DNA of 60,096 nucleotides from Bauldia sp. (GTDB taxonomy: Bacteria > Pseudomonadota > Alphaproteobacteria > Rhizobiales > Kaistiaceae). Under the pieces are notes generated by a model that saw nothing but the letters and a program-made list of their open reading frames with translations, was not told the origin of the DNA and did not search any database. Position numbers and translations under genes: made by a program. This document shows, piece after piece, positions 17,006 through 26,810 of this stretch (its first letter is position 1; each line of letters starts with the position of its first letter). The DNA is taken from the NCBI GenBank assembly GCA_040878485.1, contig JBBDMC010000215.1, forward strand, positions 1 through 60,096. Direction: 5' to 3'.

Positions 17006-17815
17006 ATGCACGAAATCGAGCGCCATCGCGTGATCCTCGGCGAGGTGTCCGACCGGCCGGTCGTTACCGTCGGCCAACTCGTCGAGCTGACCGGCGCGTC
17101 GGAGGCGACAATCCGTCGCGACATCGGTGCCCTGCACGTTCAGGGAAGACTGCGGCGCGTTCGGGGTGGCGCCGAGGCCCTCCATCCGCCGCAGACCGCA
17201 GGAATCGCCGGCCGGCCCTTCTCGGTCAACGAAGGCGTCAACATCGACCAGAAGCGCGCCATCGCGCGCGCCGCCGTCGATCTCTGCGAGGACGGCGAGT
17301 CGATCATCATCAACGGCGGCACCACTACGTTTCAGATGGTGCATCGCCTGGCCAGCCGCCGCATGCAGATACTCACCAACTCGTTCCCGATTGCCGAGCA
17401 TCTCCTGCGCCATTCCAAGAATACGATCACCCTCCCCGGCGGCGCCATCTATCGCGAGCAGAACATCATCCTCAGCCCGTTCGACAACGACGTGACGCGG
17501 AACTTCTACGCGCGCCGCATGTTCATGAGTGCGCAGGGGGTCAGCCCGATCGGGGTCATGGAAGGCGACCCGCTCATCATCCAGGCCGAGCAGAAGCTGA
17601 TCAACCAGGCGGAGGAGCTGGTGCTTCTCGTCGATTCGTCGAAATTCGCCGCCCGCTCGAGCCTCATTCTCTGCCCGCTGGAACGCGTCCACACCGTCAT
17701 CACCGACCAAGGCGTTTCCACGCGGGACGCCAGACTCGTCGAACAATCCGGAATCCGTCTCATCGTCGCCAGCGGCGCGGCGGAGGGCGAGGCGGCGTCA
17801 TCTTCGGCCGCATGA
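17006..17815 (+). CDS. rhaR: DeoR-family transcriptional regulator of the rhamnose locus
   Basis: DeoR HTH (VTVGQLVELTGASEATIRRDIGAL) plus a sugar-binding C-terminal domain. GGGAGA lies 6 nt upstream of the ATG at 17006. Confidence 0.85.
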   Translation: MHEIERHRVILGEVSDRPVVTVGQLVELTGASEATIRRDIGALHVQGRLRRVRGGAEALHPPQTAGIAGRPFSVNEGVNIDQKRAIARAAVDLCEDGESIIINGGTTTFQMVHRLASRRMQILTNSFPIAEHLLRHSKNTITLPGGAIYREQNIILSPFDNDVTRNFYARRMFMSAQGVSPIGVMEGDPLIIQAEQKLINQAEELVLLVDSSKFAARSSLILCPLERVHTVITDQGVSTRDARLVEQSGIRLIVASGAAEGEAASSSAA

Positions 17816-17868
17816 CAAGGCGGCCGAAATTCTTTGGTACTCGAGTAACCCATGGGAGGAACTGAGAA

Positions 17869-18864
17869 ATGAAGTTTCTGAAGACACTGGCGATCGGCGG
17901 CGCAATGGCGTTTGCCCTCGCTGCTGCCGGGCCCGCCTCGGCGACCACCACCATCGCACTCCTGGTCAAGAACCTCGGCAACGGCTTCTTTGACGCTGCC
18001 TTCAAGGGCGCCGAGGAAGCGGCCAAGGAACTCGGCGACGTCAAGATCATCTACACCGGACCGACCAAGGCGACGCCGGAAGGCCAGATCGACATCATCA
18101 ACCAACTGGTCGCCCAGGGCGTCAACGCCATCGCCATCTCGGCCAACGACGCTGACGCGCTCGTCCCGGCGCTGAAGAAGGCGATGGAGCGTGGCGTCAC
18201 GGTCATCTCGTTCGACTCCGGCGTTGCCAAGGCGGGCCGCCAGATGAACCTGCTCGCCTCGGCGACGGAACTCATCGGCGACCAGTGCCTCAAGATGGCC
18301 TCGGATCTCCTCAAGGGCGAGAAGGGCGACGTCGCCATTCTTTCGGCCTCGTCGACCGCGACCAACCAGAACGCCTGGATCGAGGTGATGAAGAAGGACG
18401 TCGGCAAGTTCCCGAACGTCAATCTGGTTGACGTCGTCTATGGCGACGACAACGACGACAAGAGTCTGGCCGAGGCAAAGGCCCTCATCCAGAAGTACCC
18501 GAACCTCAAAGTCATCATCGCGCCGACAACCGTTGGCATCCGTCAGGCGTCGGTGGTGGTCGAGGACCAGAAGCTCGTTGGTAAGGTAATGATCACCGGC
18601 CTCGGCCTTCCGTCGGAAATGCTGAACCACGTCAAGTCCGGCGCCGCGCCGCAGTTCGCGCTGTGGAACCCGATCGACCTCGGCTACGCCGCCACGACGA
18701 TCGCCTTCAACCTCGCCACCGGCAAGGAAAAGGCTACCGCCGGCGGCGAGCTCAGCATGGGCAAGCTCGGCAAGGTCAAGCTCGACGACGACCTCTCGGG
18801 CCCGATGGCGCCGCCCTTTGTCTTCGACGCCAGCAACATCGACCAGTTCTCGAAGGTCTACTGA
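17869..18864 (+). CDS. rhaS: Rhamnose ABC transporter periplasmic binding protein
   Basis: Signal peptide followed by a family-2 (ribose-type) SBP pattern. GGGAGGA ribosome-binding site. Position matches the rhaRSTPQUK order. Confidence 0.9.
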   Translation: MKFLKTLAIGGAMAFALAAAGPASATTTIALLVKNLGNGFFDAAFKGAEEAAKELGDVKIIYTGPTKATPEGQIDIINQLVAQGVNAIAISANDADALVPALKKAMERGVTVISFDSGVAKAGRQMNLLASATELIGDQCLKMASDLLKGEKGDVAILSASSTATNQNAWIEVMKKDVGKFPNVNLVDVVYGDDNDDKSLAEAKALIQKYPNLKVIIAPTTVGIRQASVVVEDQKLVGKVMITGLGLPSEMLNHVKSGAAPQFALWNPIDLGYAATTIAFNLATGKEKATAGGELSMGKLGKVKLDDDLSGPMAPPFVFDASNIDQFSKVY

Positions 18865-18881
18865 CATTCCTCCTGACCTGG

Positions 18882-18920
18882 CGGGAGGCGGCGCAGGCTG
18901 CCTCCCGTTCTTTGTCTTTC
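18882..18920 (+). terminator. Intrinsic terminator/attenuator-like hairpin after rhaS
   Basis: CGGGAGGC (18882-18889) pairs with GCCTCCCG (18900-18907). It is followed by TTCTTTGTCTTTC. Confidence 0.5.
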
Positions 18921-18956
18921 GGGTGGTCGGGTCGGCTTTTCCACCCACCGACGTCA

Positions 18957-18977
18957 TCCTCCGGCTTGACCGGAGGA
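18957..18977 (+). other. Perfect 8-bp stem hairpin in the rhaS-rhaT spacer
   Basis: TCCTCCGG-cttga-CCGGAGGA. A third hairpin, GGGTGG...CCACCC, lies at 18921-18946. Confidence 0.45.
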
Positions 18978-19062
18978 CGCTGAGGCGCTGCTAATCCTCC
19001 ATAGGATCGGGCTGCCCGCGTCGGTCCTCCAGTCAATCCCCCGATCAAGTTGGGGAAGGAGG

Positions 19063-20628
19063 ATGACGAAGATCGGGACTTCGTTGTCGGCCCGCGAGAT
19101 GTCAGAGCCAATGGCCGCTACCGAATCTCCTCCCGTTCTTGAGACCATCGGCATCTCGAAGGCCTTCCCCGGCGTCAAGGCGCTGGAGGCGATCGACCTC
19201 AAGCTCTACCCGGGCGTCGTCACCGCGCTCGTCGGCGAGAACGGCGCCGGAAAATCGACGCTGGTCAAGATCCTCACCGGCGTTTACGCGCCCGATGCGG
19301 GCCGCATCCTTCTCAACGGGACCGAAATCGTCATCCGGGACGCGCAGGCTGCGTTCCATCAGGGCATTACCGCCACCCACCAGGAGACGGTGCTTTTCGA
19401 CGATTTGACGGTGACCGAGAATATCTTCATCGGCCATCAGATAACCGGCCGATTCGGCATGCTTGACTGGAAGGCGATGCGAGCCCGCGTGAAGACGATC
19501 CTGGCGGAGCTCGAAGTCGAACTCGACCCGGACATGCGCCTGCGCGATCTCGCCATCGCGCAAAAGCACCTCGTGGCCATCGCCCGGGCGCTTTCCGTCG
19601 ACGCCAAGATCGTCATCATGGACGAGCCAACCGCCGCCCTTTCCTACAAGGAAGTCGAGGAGCTCTACACCATCGTCGCCAAGCTGAAGCGCGAGGGGAA
19701 GGCGATCCTCTTCATCAGCCACAAGTTCGAGGAAATCTTTCGCATTGCCGATACCTATGTCGTTTTTCGCGACGGCCGCGCGGTGGGCGCCGGCGTTGTG
19801 TCCGAGGTGACGCCGGCGAAGCTCATCGCTCTCATGGTCGGGCGAACGGTCGACCACGTCTTCCCCAAGGTCCAGGTCCCGCGTGGGGAGAGTGTGTTCG
19901 CTGCCGAGGGGCTGTCGCACCCGACGGAATTCGCCGATATCTCATTCAACCTCCATCGCGGCGAGATTCTGGGCTTCTACGGTCTGGTCGGGTCGGGCCG
20001 GACCGAGGTGATGCACGCCCTCTTCGGTATCACCGCGCCGTCCACCGGCGTCCTCAAGCTCGACGGCAAGCCGATCCGCGTCTCCCGGCCCGCCGACGCG
20101 GTCGCGGCCGGCATTGTCTATGTGCCCGAGGAACGCCAGCGGCAGGGCGTCGTTCTGGCATTGCCAGTGTTCCAGAACATCACACTGCCCTCGCTTGACC
20201 GCATCACTCGTGGCGGCTTTCTCGATCTGGCCCGGGAGTTCGACCTCGCCCGCCGCTACGCAGGCCGCCTCGATCTCCGCGCCGCCAGCCTCAGTCAGGA
20301 GGTCGGCACGCTGTCTGGCGGCAATCAGCAGAAAGTGGTGATCGGCAAGTGGCTCGCTACCGAGCCGCGCGTCATCATCCTCGACGAGCCGACCAAGGGC
20401 ATCGACGTCGGCTCCAAGGCCGCCGTCCACGCCTTCATGGGTGAGCTGGTCGCGCAAGGGCTCGCGGTCATCATGGTCTCGTCGGAGCTGCCCGAGATTC
20501 TCGGCATGTCGGACCGCGTCATCGTCATGCGCGAGGGCCGCATCGCCGGAGTGTTCGAGCGCGCCGGACTGACGGCCGAGTCCTTGGTCGCCGCGGCGAC
20601 GGGCAATGTCGCGGCGGAGGCGGCCTGA
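19063..20628 (+). CDS. rhaT: Rhamnose ABC transporter ATPase (tandem ABC domains)
   Basis: Two Walker A/signature sets (GENGAGKST ... LSGGNQQKV). GGAGG lies directly upstream of the ATG. Confidence 0.9.
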   Translation: MTKIGTSLSAREMSEPMAATESPPVLETIGISKAFPGVKALEAIDLKLYPGVVTALVGENGAGKSTLVKILTGVYAPDAGRILLNGTEIVIRDAQAAFHQGITATHQETVLFDDLTVTENIFIGHQITGRFGMLDWKAMRARVKTILAELEVELDPDMRLRDLAIAQKHLVAIARALSVDAKIVIMDEPTAALSYKEVEELYTIVAKLKREGKAILFISHKFEEIFRIADTYVVFRDGRAVGAGVVSEVTPAKLIALMVGRTVDHVFPKVQVPRGESVFAAEGLSHPTEFADISFNLHRGEILGFYGLVGSGRTEVMHALFGITAPSTGVLKLDGKPIRVSRPADAVAAGIVYVPEERQRQGVVLALPVFQNITLPSLDRITRGGFLDLAREFDLARRYAGRLDLRAASLSQEVGTLSGGNQQKVVIGKWLATEPRVIILDEPTKGIDVGSKAAVHAFMGELVAQGLAVIMVSSELPEILGMSDRVIVMREGRIAGVFERAGLTAESLVAAATGNVAAEAA

Positions 20629-20629
20629 G

Positions 20630-21598
20630 ATGCGCTGGAACCGCGACCTGCTTTTCGCGGCAATCGTCATCGTCATCGTCGCCGGCGTCGGCCTTATCCG
20701 ACCGAGCTTCGTCTGGCCGCGGAATCTCATCGGCCTTTTCAACGACACCTCCATCCTGATGATGCTAGCGCTGGCGCAAACGGCGGTGATCCTGACGAAA
20801 TGCATCGACCTTTCCGTCGCTGCCAACATTGCGCTGACGGGCGTCCTCGTCTCGATCGTCAACGCCGCCCATCCGGAACTGCCGATCCCGCTGCTGATGC
20901 TGCTTGCGGCGGGCATCGGGCTTCTGCTCGGCGCCTTCAACGGTGCGATGGTCTGGCTGGTTGGCATCCCGTCGATAGTCGTCACCCTTGGCACGCTTTC
21001 GATCTATCGTGGACTCGCCTTCCGCGCCTCCGGTGGCACCTCGATCGTCGGGCACCAGATGAGCCCGGCATTCATCGCCGTGCCGCGGGCCGAACTACTC
21101 GGCCTGCCGATGATGTCATGGTTCGCCATGCTCTTGATCGCGGTTTTTGCCTTCATGTTACGTGGCACACGAACCGGGCGCGCCTTTTACGCCGCCGGCG
21201 GTAACCCCACGGCGGCCGTCTACAGCGGCATCAACGTCGGGCGGACGCAGTTCATTGCCTTCTGCACCGCGGGCGCGGTCGCCGGCTTCTGCGGCTACCT
21301 ATGGGCCTCGCGCTTCAGCATCGCGAATGTCGACATGGCCAGCGGCTTCGAACTTGACGTGATCGCGTCCTGCGTCATCGGCGGTGTTTCGATTTCCGGC
21401 GGAATCGGTACCGTGGCTGGCGCCGTCCTCGGGGCGATCTTCTTCGGCGTGGTGCGCAACGCGCTGCCCGTCATCTATGTTTCGCCGTTCTGGCAACTCG
21501 CAATCTCGGGTGTCGCCATCCTGGGGGCCGTGATCATCAACGCCGGCCGCGAGCGCCAAACCGGCCGCCTCATCCTCAAGGAGGCGGCCGCGTCGTGA
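20630..21598 (+). CDS. rhaP: Rhamnose ABC transporter permease
   Basis: Ribose-type (family 2) branched permease pattern. The ATG lies 1 nt after the rhaT stop. Confidence 0.9.
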   Translation: MRWNRDLLFAAIVIVIVAGVGLIRPSFVWPRNLIGLFNDTSILMMLALAQTAVILTKCIDLSVAANIALTGVLVSIVNAAHPELPIPLLMLLAAGIGLLLGAFNGAMVWLVGIPSIVVTLGTLSIYRGLAFRASGGTSIVGHQMSPAFIAVPRAELLGLPMMSWFAMLLIAVFAFMLRGTRTGRAFYAAGGNPTAAVYSGINVGRTQFIAFCTAGAVAGFCGYLWASRFSIANVDMASGFELDVIASCVIGGVSISGGIGTVAGAVLGAIFFGVVRNALPVIYVSPFWQLAISGVAILGAVIINAGRERQTGRLILKEAAAS

Positions 21599-22599
21599 CC
21601 GACAACCGCCTCGCAGCCCGTCTCATTCCCGACCGCATCGGCGGGCGCTCTGCCTGGTGGAAGCGGTGGGAGACGATTCTTATCGGCGTCGCCGTCGGCA
21701 TGTTCCTGTTCAACTCGCTGGCGTCGCCGTTCTTCCTAAATCCGTGGAACCTCTCCGACGCAACGTTCAACTTCACGGAGAAGGCGATCATTGCCTTCGC
21801 AATGGCGCTGCTCATTATCGCCGGCGAGATCGACCTGTCGGTCGCCTCGATCATCGCCATCGCCTCGACGGCCATGGGCGCGGCAGCGTCCGCGGGAGTG
21901 GGGCCCGCGGTGCTGGTGGTCGTGGGTCTTGCGGTCGGCCTGGTCGCGGGCGCCTTCAACGGCTTCATCGTCACGCGCTTCCAGATCCCGTCGATCGTGG
22001 TGACCATCGGCACGATGAGTCTGTTTCGCGGGATCGCCTATGTCGTTCTCGGCGACCAGGTCTACCGGAGCTATCCGCCGGGGTTCGCGTATTTCGGCCA
22101 GGGCTACGTCTGGTGGGTGATCTCGTTCGAATTCGCGCTGTTCCTCGTTCTTGCAGCAGTCTTTGCCGTCGTCCTCCACCTCACGGTCTTCGGCCGCCAG
22201 ATCTACGCCATCGGCAACAACCCGGTCGCGTCGCAATTCTCCGGCGTGCGCGTCAATCGCGTCCGCTTCATCCTGTTCATGCTGACCGGGTTGACCAGCG
22301 GCATCGCCGCCATTCTGCTTACCTCGCGCATCGGGTCGACGCGACCGACGATCGCCACCGGGTTCGAGCTTGAAGTGGTCACGATGGTGGTTCTCGGTGG
22401 GGTCAACATTCTCGGCGGCTCCGGCACGATCGCGGGGGTTCTTATCGCCGCCTTCGTCATGGGGCTGGTCACTTTCGGCTTCGGCCTCCTCAACGTGCCC
22501 GGCATCGTAATGTCGATCTTCATCGGCTCGCTGCTGATCGCGGTGATCGCTCTCCCGATTGTCGCGGGCAGAATCGTGGCGCAGTGGAGGGCAACCTGA
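21595..22599 (+). CDS. rhaQ: Rhamnose ABC transporter permease
   Basis: Paralogous to rhaP. The GTG start overlaps the rhaP stop (GTGA). Confidence 0.9.
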   Translation: MTDNRLAARLIPDRIGGRSAWWKRWETILIGVAVGMFLFNSLASPFFLNPWNLSDATFNFTEKAIIAFAMALLIIAGEIDLSVASIIAIASTAMGAAASAGVGPAVLVVVGLAVGLVAGAFNGFIVTRFQIPSIVVTIGTMSLFRGIAYVVLGDQVYRSYPPGFAYFGQGYVWWVISFEFALFLVLAAVFAVVLHLTVFGRQIYAIGNNPVASQFSGVRVNRVRFILFMLTGLTSGIAAILLTSRIGSTRPTIATGFELEVVTMVVLGGVNILGGSGTIAGVLIAAFVMGLVTFGFGLLNVPGIVMSIFIGSLLIAVIALPIVAGRIVAQWRAT

Positions 22600-22913
22600 T
22601 GGAGAAGTACGCCTTCAAGATGCGGCTCAATCCCGGCATGGAGGCTGAGTATCGGCGTCGCCACGATGCGATCTGGCCCGAACTCGTCGCCCTTCTAAGA
22701 AGCGCCGGGATCAGCGACTACTCGATCCATCTCGACCGCGACACCAACACGCTGTTCGGCGTCCTGTGGCGGGCGGACGATCACGGCATGGACGAGCTGC
22801 CCGACAGCCCGGTCATGCGGCGCTGGTGGGCGCATATGGCGGACATCATGGCGACCAAACCGGACAACGAGCCGATCGTCGAGCCGCTCGTAACCGTCTT
22901 CCACATGGAGTGA
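22599..22913 (+). CDS. rhaU: L-rhamnose mutarotase
   Basis: [29 protein letters not shown] is a typical RhaM/RhaU sequence. The start overlaps the rhaQ stop (TGATG). Confidence 0.9.
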   Translation: MEKYAFKMRLNPGMEAEYRRRHDAIWPELVALLRSAGISDYSIHLDRDTNTLFGVLWRADDHGMDELPDSPVMRRWWAHMADIMATKPDNEPIVEPLVTVFHME

Positions 22914-22917
22914 CCGG

Positions 22918-24285
22918 GTGGCGCGCGATCCGGCCGTCGCCGTCATCGACATCGGCAAGTCGAACGCCAAGCTTGCCCTGGTCGATCGTGCCAGCCGCTC
23001 GACGATTGCGATTCGGACGACGGCCAATACGGTCGTCGCCGGCGGGCCCTATCCGCACTACGACGTCGAGCGGCTCTGGGGCTGGCTCATCGATGGCCTC
23101 GCAGTCTTCGCCGGGCGGGCCGAGGTCACGACCATCTCGGTGACCACCCACGGCGCCTGTTTCGCGCTGGTTGCCGGCGATCGCCTGGCTCTGCCGGTCA
23201 TCGACTACGAATACACCGCAATGGAGGATATCCACGCCGAATACGCGAAGGCACGCGGCGACTTCGCCGAAATCCTGTCGCCCGACCTGCCGAACGGACT
23301 CAACGCCGGTCGCCAGATCTATTGGCAGAGTCGCCGCTTGGCCGACGATTTCTCAAGAACCGACGCGATCCTGCCCTATCCGCAATACTGGGTCTGGCGC
23401 TTGACCGGCGAGAAGGTCGCCGAGGCGACTTCGCTCGGCTGCCACACCGACCTCTGGAACCCGAAGGCCGGTGCGTACTCCGAGCTGGCGCAACGGGAGG
23501 GATGGGATCGGCTCTTTCCGAGGCTCGCCAAGCCGTGGGACACGGTCGGTCCAGTCCTGCCGGCGGTTGCCGATGTGACGGGGCTGTCGCGGACCTGCGG
23601 TGTCGTTGCCGGCATCCATGACAGCAATGCCAGCCTCTACCCCCACCTCGTTGCACGGGAGCGGCCGTTCGCGGTGCTTTCAACCGGGACGTGGATGGTA
23701 ATCTTGGCGCCCGGCGGCAGGTTCGACGGGCTCGACCCAAGGCGCGACTGCCTCGCCAATGTGGACGCTTTCGGCAATGCGGTGCCCTCCTCGCGGTTCA
23801 TGGCGGGACGCGAGTTCGAGACAATCGCGGCGGGCACGGTGGAACCCACCGCCGATGACGTCGCCCGCGTCGTTGCGAACGCGGTCATGGCGCTGCCGAC
23901 GTTCGCACCAGGCACGGGACCCTTCGGCGAAAGCAGGGGCCGTTGGACGCACGACCCCGCGCGGCTCTCGGGAGAGGAGCGGGCCGCTGCGGCGAGCCTC
24001 TACGCCGCGCTGGTCACCGAAACGTGCCTATCGCTTGCTGGTGCCGAGGGGCCGATCATCGTTGAGGGGCCGTTCACGCGGAACAAGGCTTTCCTCGCTG
24101 CCCTGGCGCAACTTGTGTCGCGACCCGTGATCGGCCGCACTGACGCTAGCGGCACGATCGACGGCGCGGCGCTTCTGGCGGACGGTCCGAACGTGCAGGC
24201 ACAACTTCACGATTCGTCGCCAATCGCGCCACTCGCTCTCGACCTCTCCGGGTACGCCGCTACGTGGCTGAGCCAGGCGGGGTGA
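22918..24285 (+). CDS. rhaK: FGGY-like carbohydrate kinase (rhizobial rhamnulokinase-type)
   Basis: N-terminal AVIDIGKSNAKLALVD ATPase fold. It is the last gene in the rhaRSTPQUK order. Confidence 0.8.
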   Translation: MARDPAVAVIDIGKSNAKLALVDRASRSTIAIRTTANTVVAGGPYPHYDVERLWGWLIDGLAVFAGRAEVTTISVTTHGACFALVAGDRLALPVIDYEYTAMEDIHAEYAKARGDFAEILSPDLPNGLNAGRQIYWQSRRLADDFSRTDAILPYPQYWVWRLTGEKVAEATSLGCHTDLWNPKAGAYSELAQREGWDRLFPRLAKPWDTVGPVLPAVADVTGLSRTCGVVAGIHDSNASLYPHLVARERPFAVLSTGTWMVILAPGGRFDGLDPRRDCLANVDAFGNAVPSSRFMAGREFETIAAGTVEPTADDVARVVANAVMALPTFAPGTGPFGESRGRWTHDPARLSGEERAAAASLYAALVTETCLSLAGAEGPIIVEGPFTRNKAFLAALAQLVSRPVIGRTDASGTIDGAALLADGPNVQAQLHDSSPIAPLALDLSGYAATWLSQAG

Positions 24286-24371
24286 GAACGCATCCCAGAA
24301 CTCGCATTCTCGGATTTCGCACCACGGCGGTGACCAGACCTGGGGCACGACCCATCGGGCCCCATTCGCAT

Positions 24372-25919
24372 CTATCGCTTCAGCCGCACCACGTTCCACG
24401 AAGCCGGCGGCAACGTGGTCTTGAGGCGCTCGCCTTCGATCTTCACGCCGGATAGCTTCGACGGCTTGACACGCTCGGGCATTCTGCTGGTGTTCACGGC
24501 TGCGAGGTCGTCCTCGTGGAGGGTCGTTGCTCGTTCGACCGCGTGGCCAGTGAAGCCTTTGGCCAGTATTTCCACCGGCATCGCCTCCGAAAGGTGGCGA
24601 TTGACGGCAAATAGGGTGAGCGTGTCCTTTTCCTCGCCGTGGACGGCAGCGAACTTGAGATAGGGCACGTCTGGCATTGCGTACCACTGGTCGATCTTGC
24701 CGCGCGGGTCGTAGTACTTGGCCGCATAGGTCGGCGAGTCGACGTGGGCGCGCAGCACGCGACCACGGCCGAAATTGCTGAAATCGGCAAAAGGGAAGAA
24801 GATCGTCTGGCGCCAAGCGGGACCGCCGGTCTCGGTCATGATCGGGGCTATGGCGTTGACCAGCTGGGCCAGGCAGGCGACCTTGACGCGGTCGGCGTGA
24901 TTGAGAAGCGCGATGCAGGCGCCGCCGAAGGCCAGCGCATCCTTCACGTCATAGACTTCCTCAAGGATGTGCGGGGCGACCGGCCAGCCCGACTCGACTC
25001 GCGCACCGCCGCGCCGGGTGCGATACCAGACGTTCCACTCGTCGAAGCTCAGCATGATGCGCTTGTCTGAACGGCGGCCGGCGGCGACCGCGTCGGCGAT
25101 AGCAACGACTTCCTCGATGAAGGCGTCCATCAGATCGGGGCTGGCGAGCAGCGCCGGCGTGTCGCCGGCATAGTCGTTAAGGTAGGTGTGCAGAGAGATG
25201 TACTCGACGTGATCGAACGTGTGTTGCAAAACAACCCGTTCCCATTCGCCATAGGTCGCCATGGTTCGGCCGGAGGAGCCGCAGGCGGCGAGTTCGATCG
25301 TCGGGTCCGTGAGGCGCATCAACTTCGCAGCCTCGACGGCGATGCGGCCGTATTCCTCCGCCGTCTTGCTGCCCATCTGCCAGGCTCCGTCCATCTCGTT
25401 GCCAAGGCACCAGAATTTGACGTTGTGCGGCTCTTCCCAGCCGTGAGCGCGGCGGAGAGCGGACAGTTCAGTGCCGGATGGATGATTGCAGTATTCGAGC
25501 AGCCGGCGAGCGTCGTCAGCACCGCGCGTGCCGAGGTTGACGGCCAGCATCGGCTCGATACCGGCAAGCCTGCACCAGTCGGCGAATTCGTTGGTGCCGA
25601 AGGTGTTGGGTTCGGTCGATTTCCAGGCCAGGTCGAGCCGCCGTGGACGCCCTCCGACAGGACCGACGCCATCCTCCCAGTCATAGCCGGAGACGAAGTT
25701 GCCGCCCGGATAGCGCATGATGGTCGGCGCGAGCTCGCGCACCAGCTTGAGCACGTCGCCGCGGAAGCCTTTGGCGTCGGCGGTTGGATGGCCCGGCTCG
25801 TAGATGCCGTCGTAGATGCAGCGGCCGAGATGTTCGACGAAGGCGCCGAACAGCCGCCGGTCGGTCGAGCCGATCGCGAAATCGCGATCGAGGAGCACCT
25901 TCACCTCACGCATGCTCAT
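24372..25919 (-). CDS. abfA: Alpha-N-arabinofuranosidase, GH51
   Basis: LFGAFVEHLGRCIY.GIYEP, RYPGGNFVSGY.WEDG and WCLGNEMDG motifs. 515 aa. Confidence 0.9.
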   Translation of the reverse strand: MSMREVKVLLDRDFAIGSTDRRLFGAFVEHLGRCIYDGIYEPGHPTADAKGFRGDVLKLVRELAPTIMRYPGGNFVSGYDWEDGVGPVGGRPRRLDLAWKSTEPNTFGTNEFADWCRLAGIEPMLAVNLGTRGADDARRLLEYCNHPSGTELSALRRAHGWEEPHNVKFWCLGNEMDGAWQMGSKTAEEYGRIAVEAAKLMRLTDPTIELAACGSSGRTMATYGEWERVVLQHTFDHVEYISLHTYLNDYAGDTPALLASPDLMDAFIEEVVAIADAVAAGRRSDKRIMLSFDEWNVWYRTRRGGARVESGWPVAPHILEEVYDVKDALAFGGACIALLNHADRVKVACLAQLVNAIAPIMTETGGPAWRQTIFFPFADFSNFGRGRVLRAHVDSPTYAAKYYDPRGKIDQWYAMPDVPYLKFAAVHGEEKDTLTLFAVNRHLSEAMPVEILAKGFTGHAVERATTLHEDDLAAVNTSRMPERVKPSKLSGVKIEGERLKTTLPPASWNVVRLKR

Positions 25920-25960
25920 GTCTCCGTCTCATGGCTTGGTCGCTTGCTCGCCGGCGGCCA

Positions 25961-26810
25961 TCACGCCGGCGGCGCCATCTCCGGCCGGTTGAGGATCGTT
26001 GGTCCGCCGGTCGCCGCATCGGGCGAAAGGACGGAACTCTTGAGAAGAATCGAATAGGGATGCTGCGGATGGTCAAGCACGGTGCGCGCGTCGCCGGCCT
26101 CCACCACTTTGCCCTTTTGCATGATGATAATCCGGTCGCTGATGTAGTAGGCGGTGGCGAGGTCGTGGGTGATGTAGATGATCGAAACCCTCAGATCGTC
26201 GCGCAGCTTCTGGAACAGGTTGACGATCGACATCCTCAGCGAAGCGTCGACCATCGACACCGGCTCGTCGGCGACGATTAGGGACGGGCCCGAGATCAGG
26301 GCGCGGGCGATCGCGGTGCGCTGAAGCTGTCCGCCCGACAGCTCGTGCGGGAAGCGTTCTTTCACCTCCGCCAGCGATAGTCCGACTTTCTTCAGTGCCT
26401 CGTCGGCACGCGCTTCGATTGCCGGTCGCCCTCGCGCCGGCGTGAAGCGGCGCGCCGTCATGTAGAGATAGCGGTCGACCCGCTTCAACGGGTTGAACGC
26501 CTCGAACGGGTTCTGGAATATCGGCTGGACGGCAGCCATGAACTTCAGCCGCGCCCGGCGGCGGCGCATCTTGGAAAGGTCGGTGCCACGGAAGCGGATC
26601 TCGCCCGCCGTGGGCGGCGTGGAATTGAGAATCATGCGCGCCAGGGTCGTCTTGCCGCTGCCCGACTCGCCGATGATGGTGAAGATCTCAGGACGGTCCG
26701 CGGCAAGGCTGAAGCTCACCTCGTTGACCGCGTTGAAGCTGGCGCGGCCGAAGAGGCCGCCCATCGCATAGGTCTTGGTGACCCGATCGACGACGAGCAG
26801 TTCGTTCACC
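25961..26810 (-). CDS. Peptide/oligosaccharide-type ABC transporter ATPase (OppF/DppF-like)
   Basis: GESGSGKTT, LSGGQLQR and IIYITHD motifs. GTG at 26810 overlaps the upstream stop (GTGA). The track ORF to 27715 is a read-through. Confidence 0.9.
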
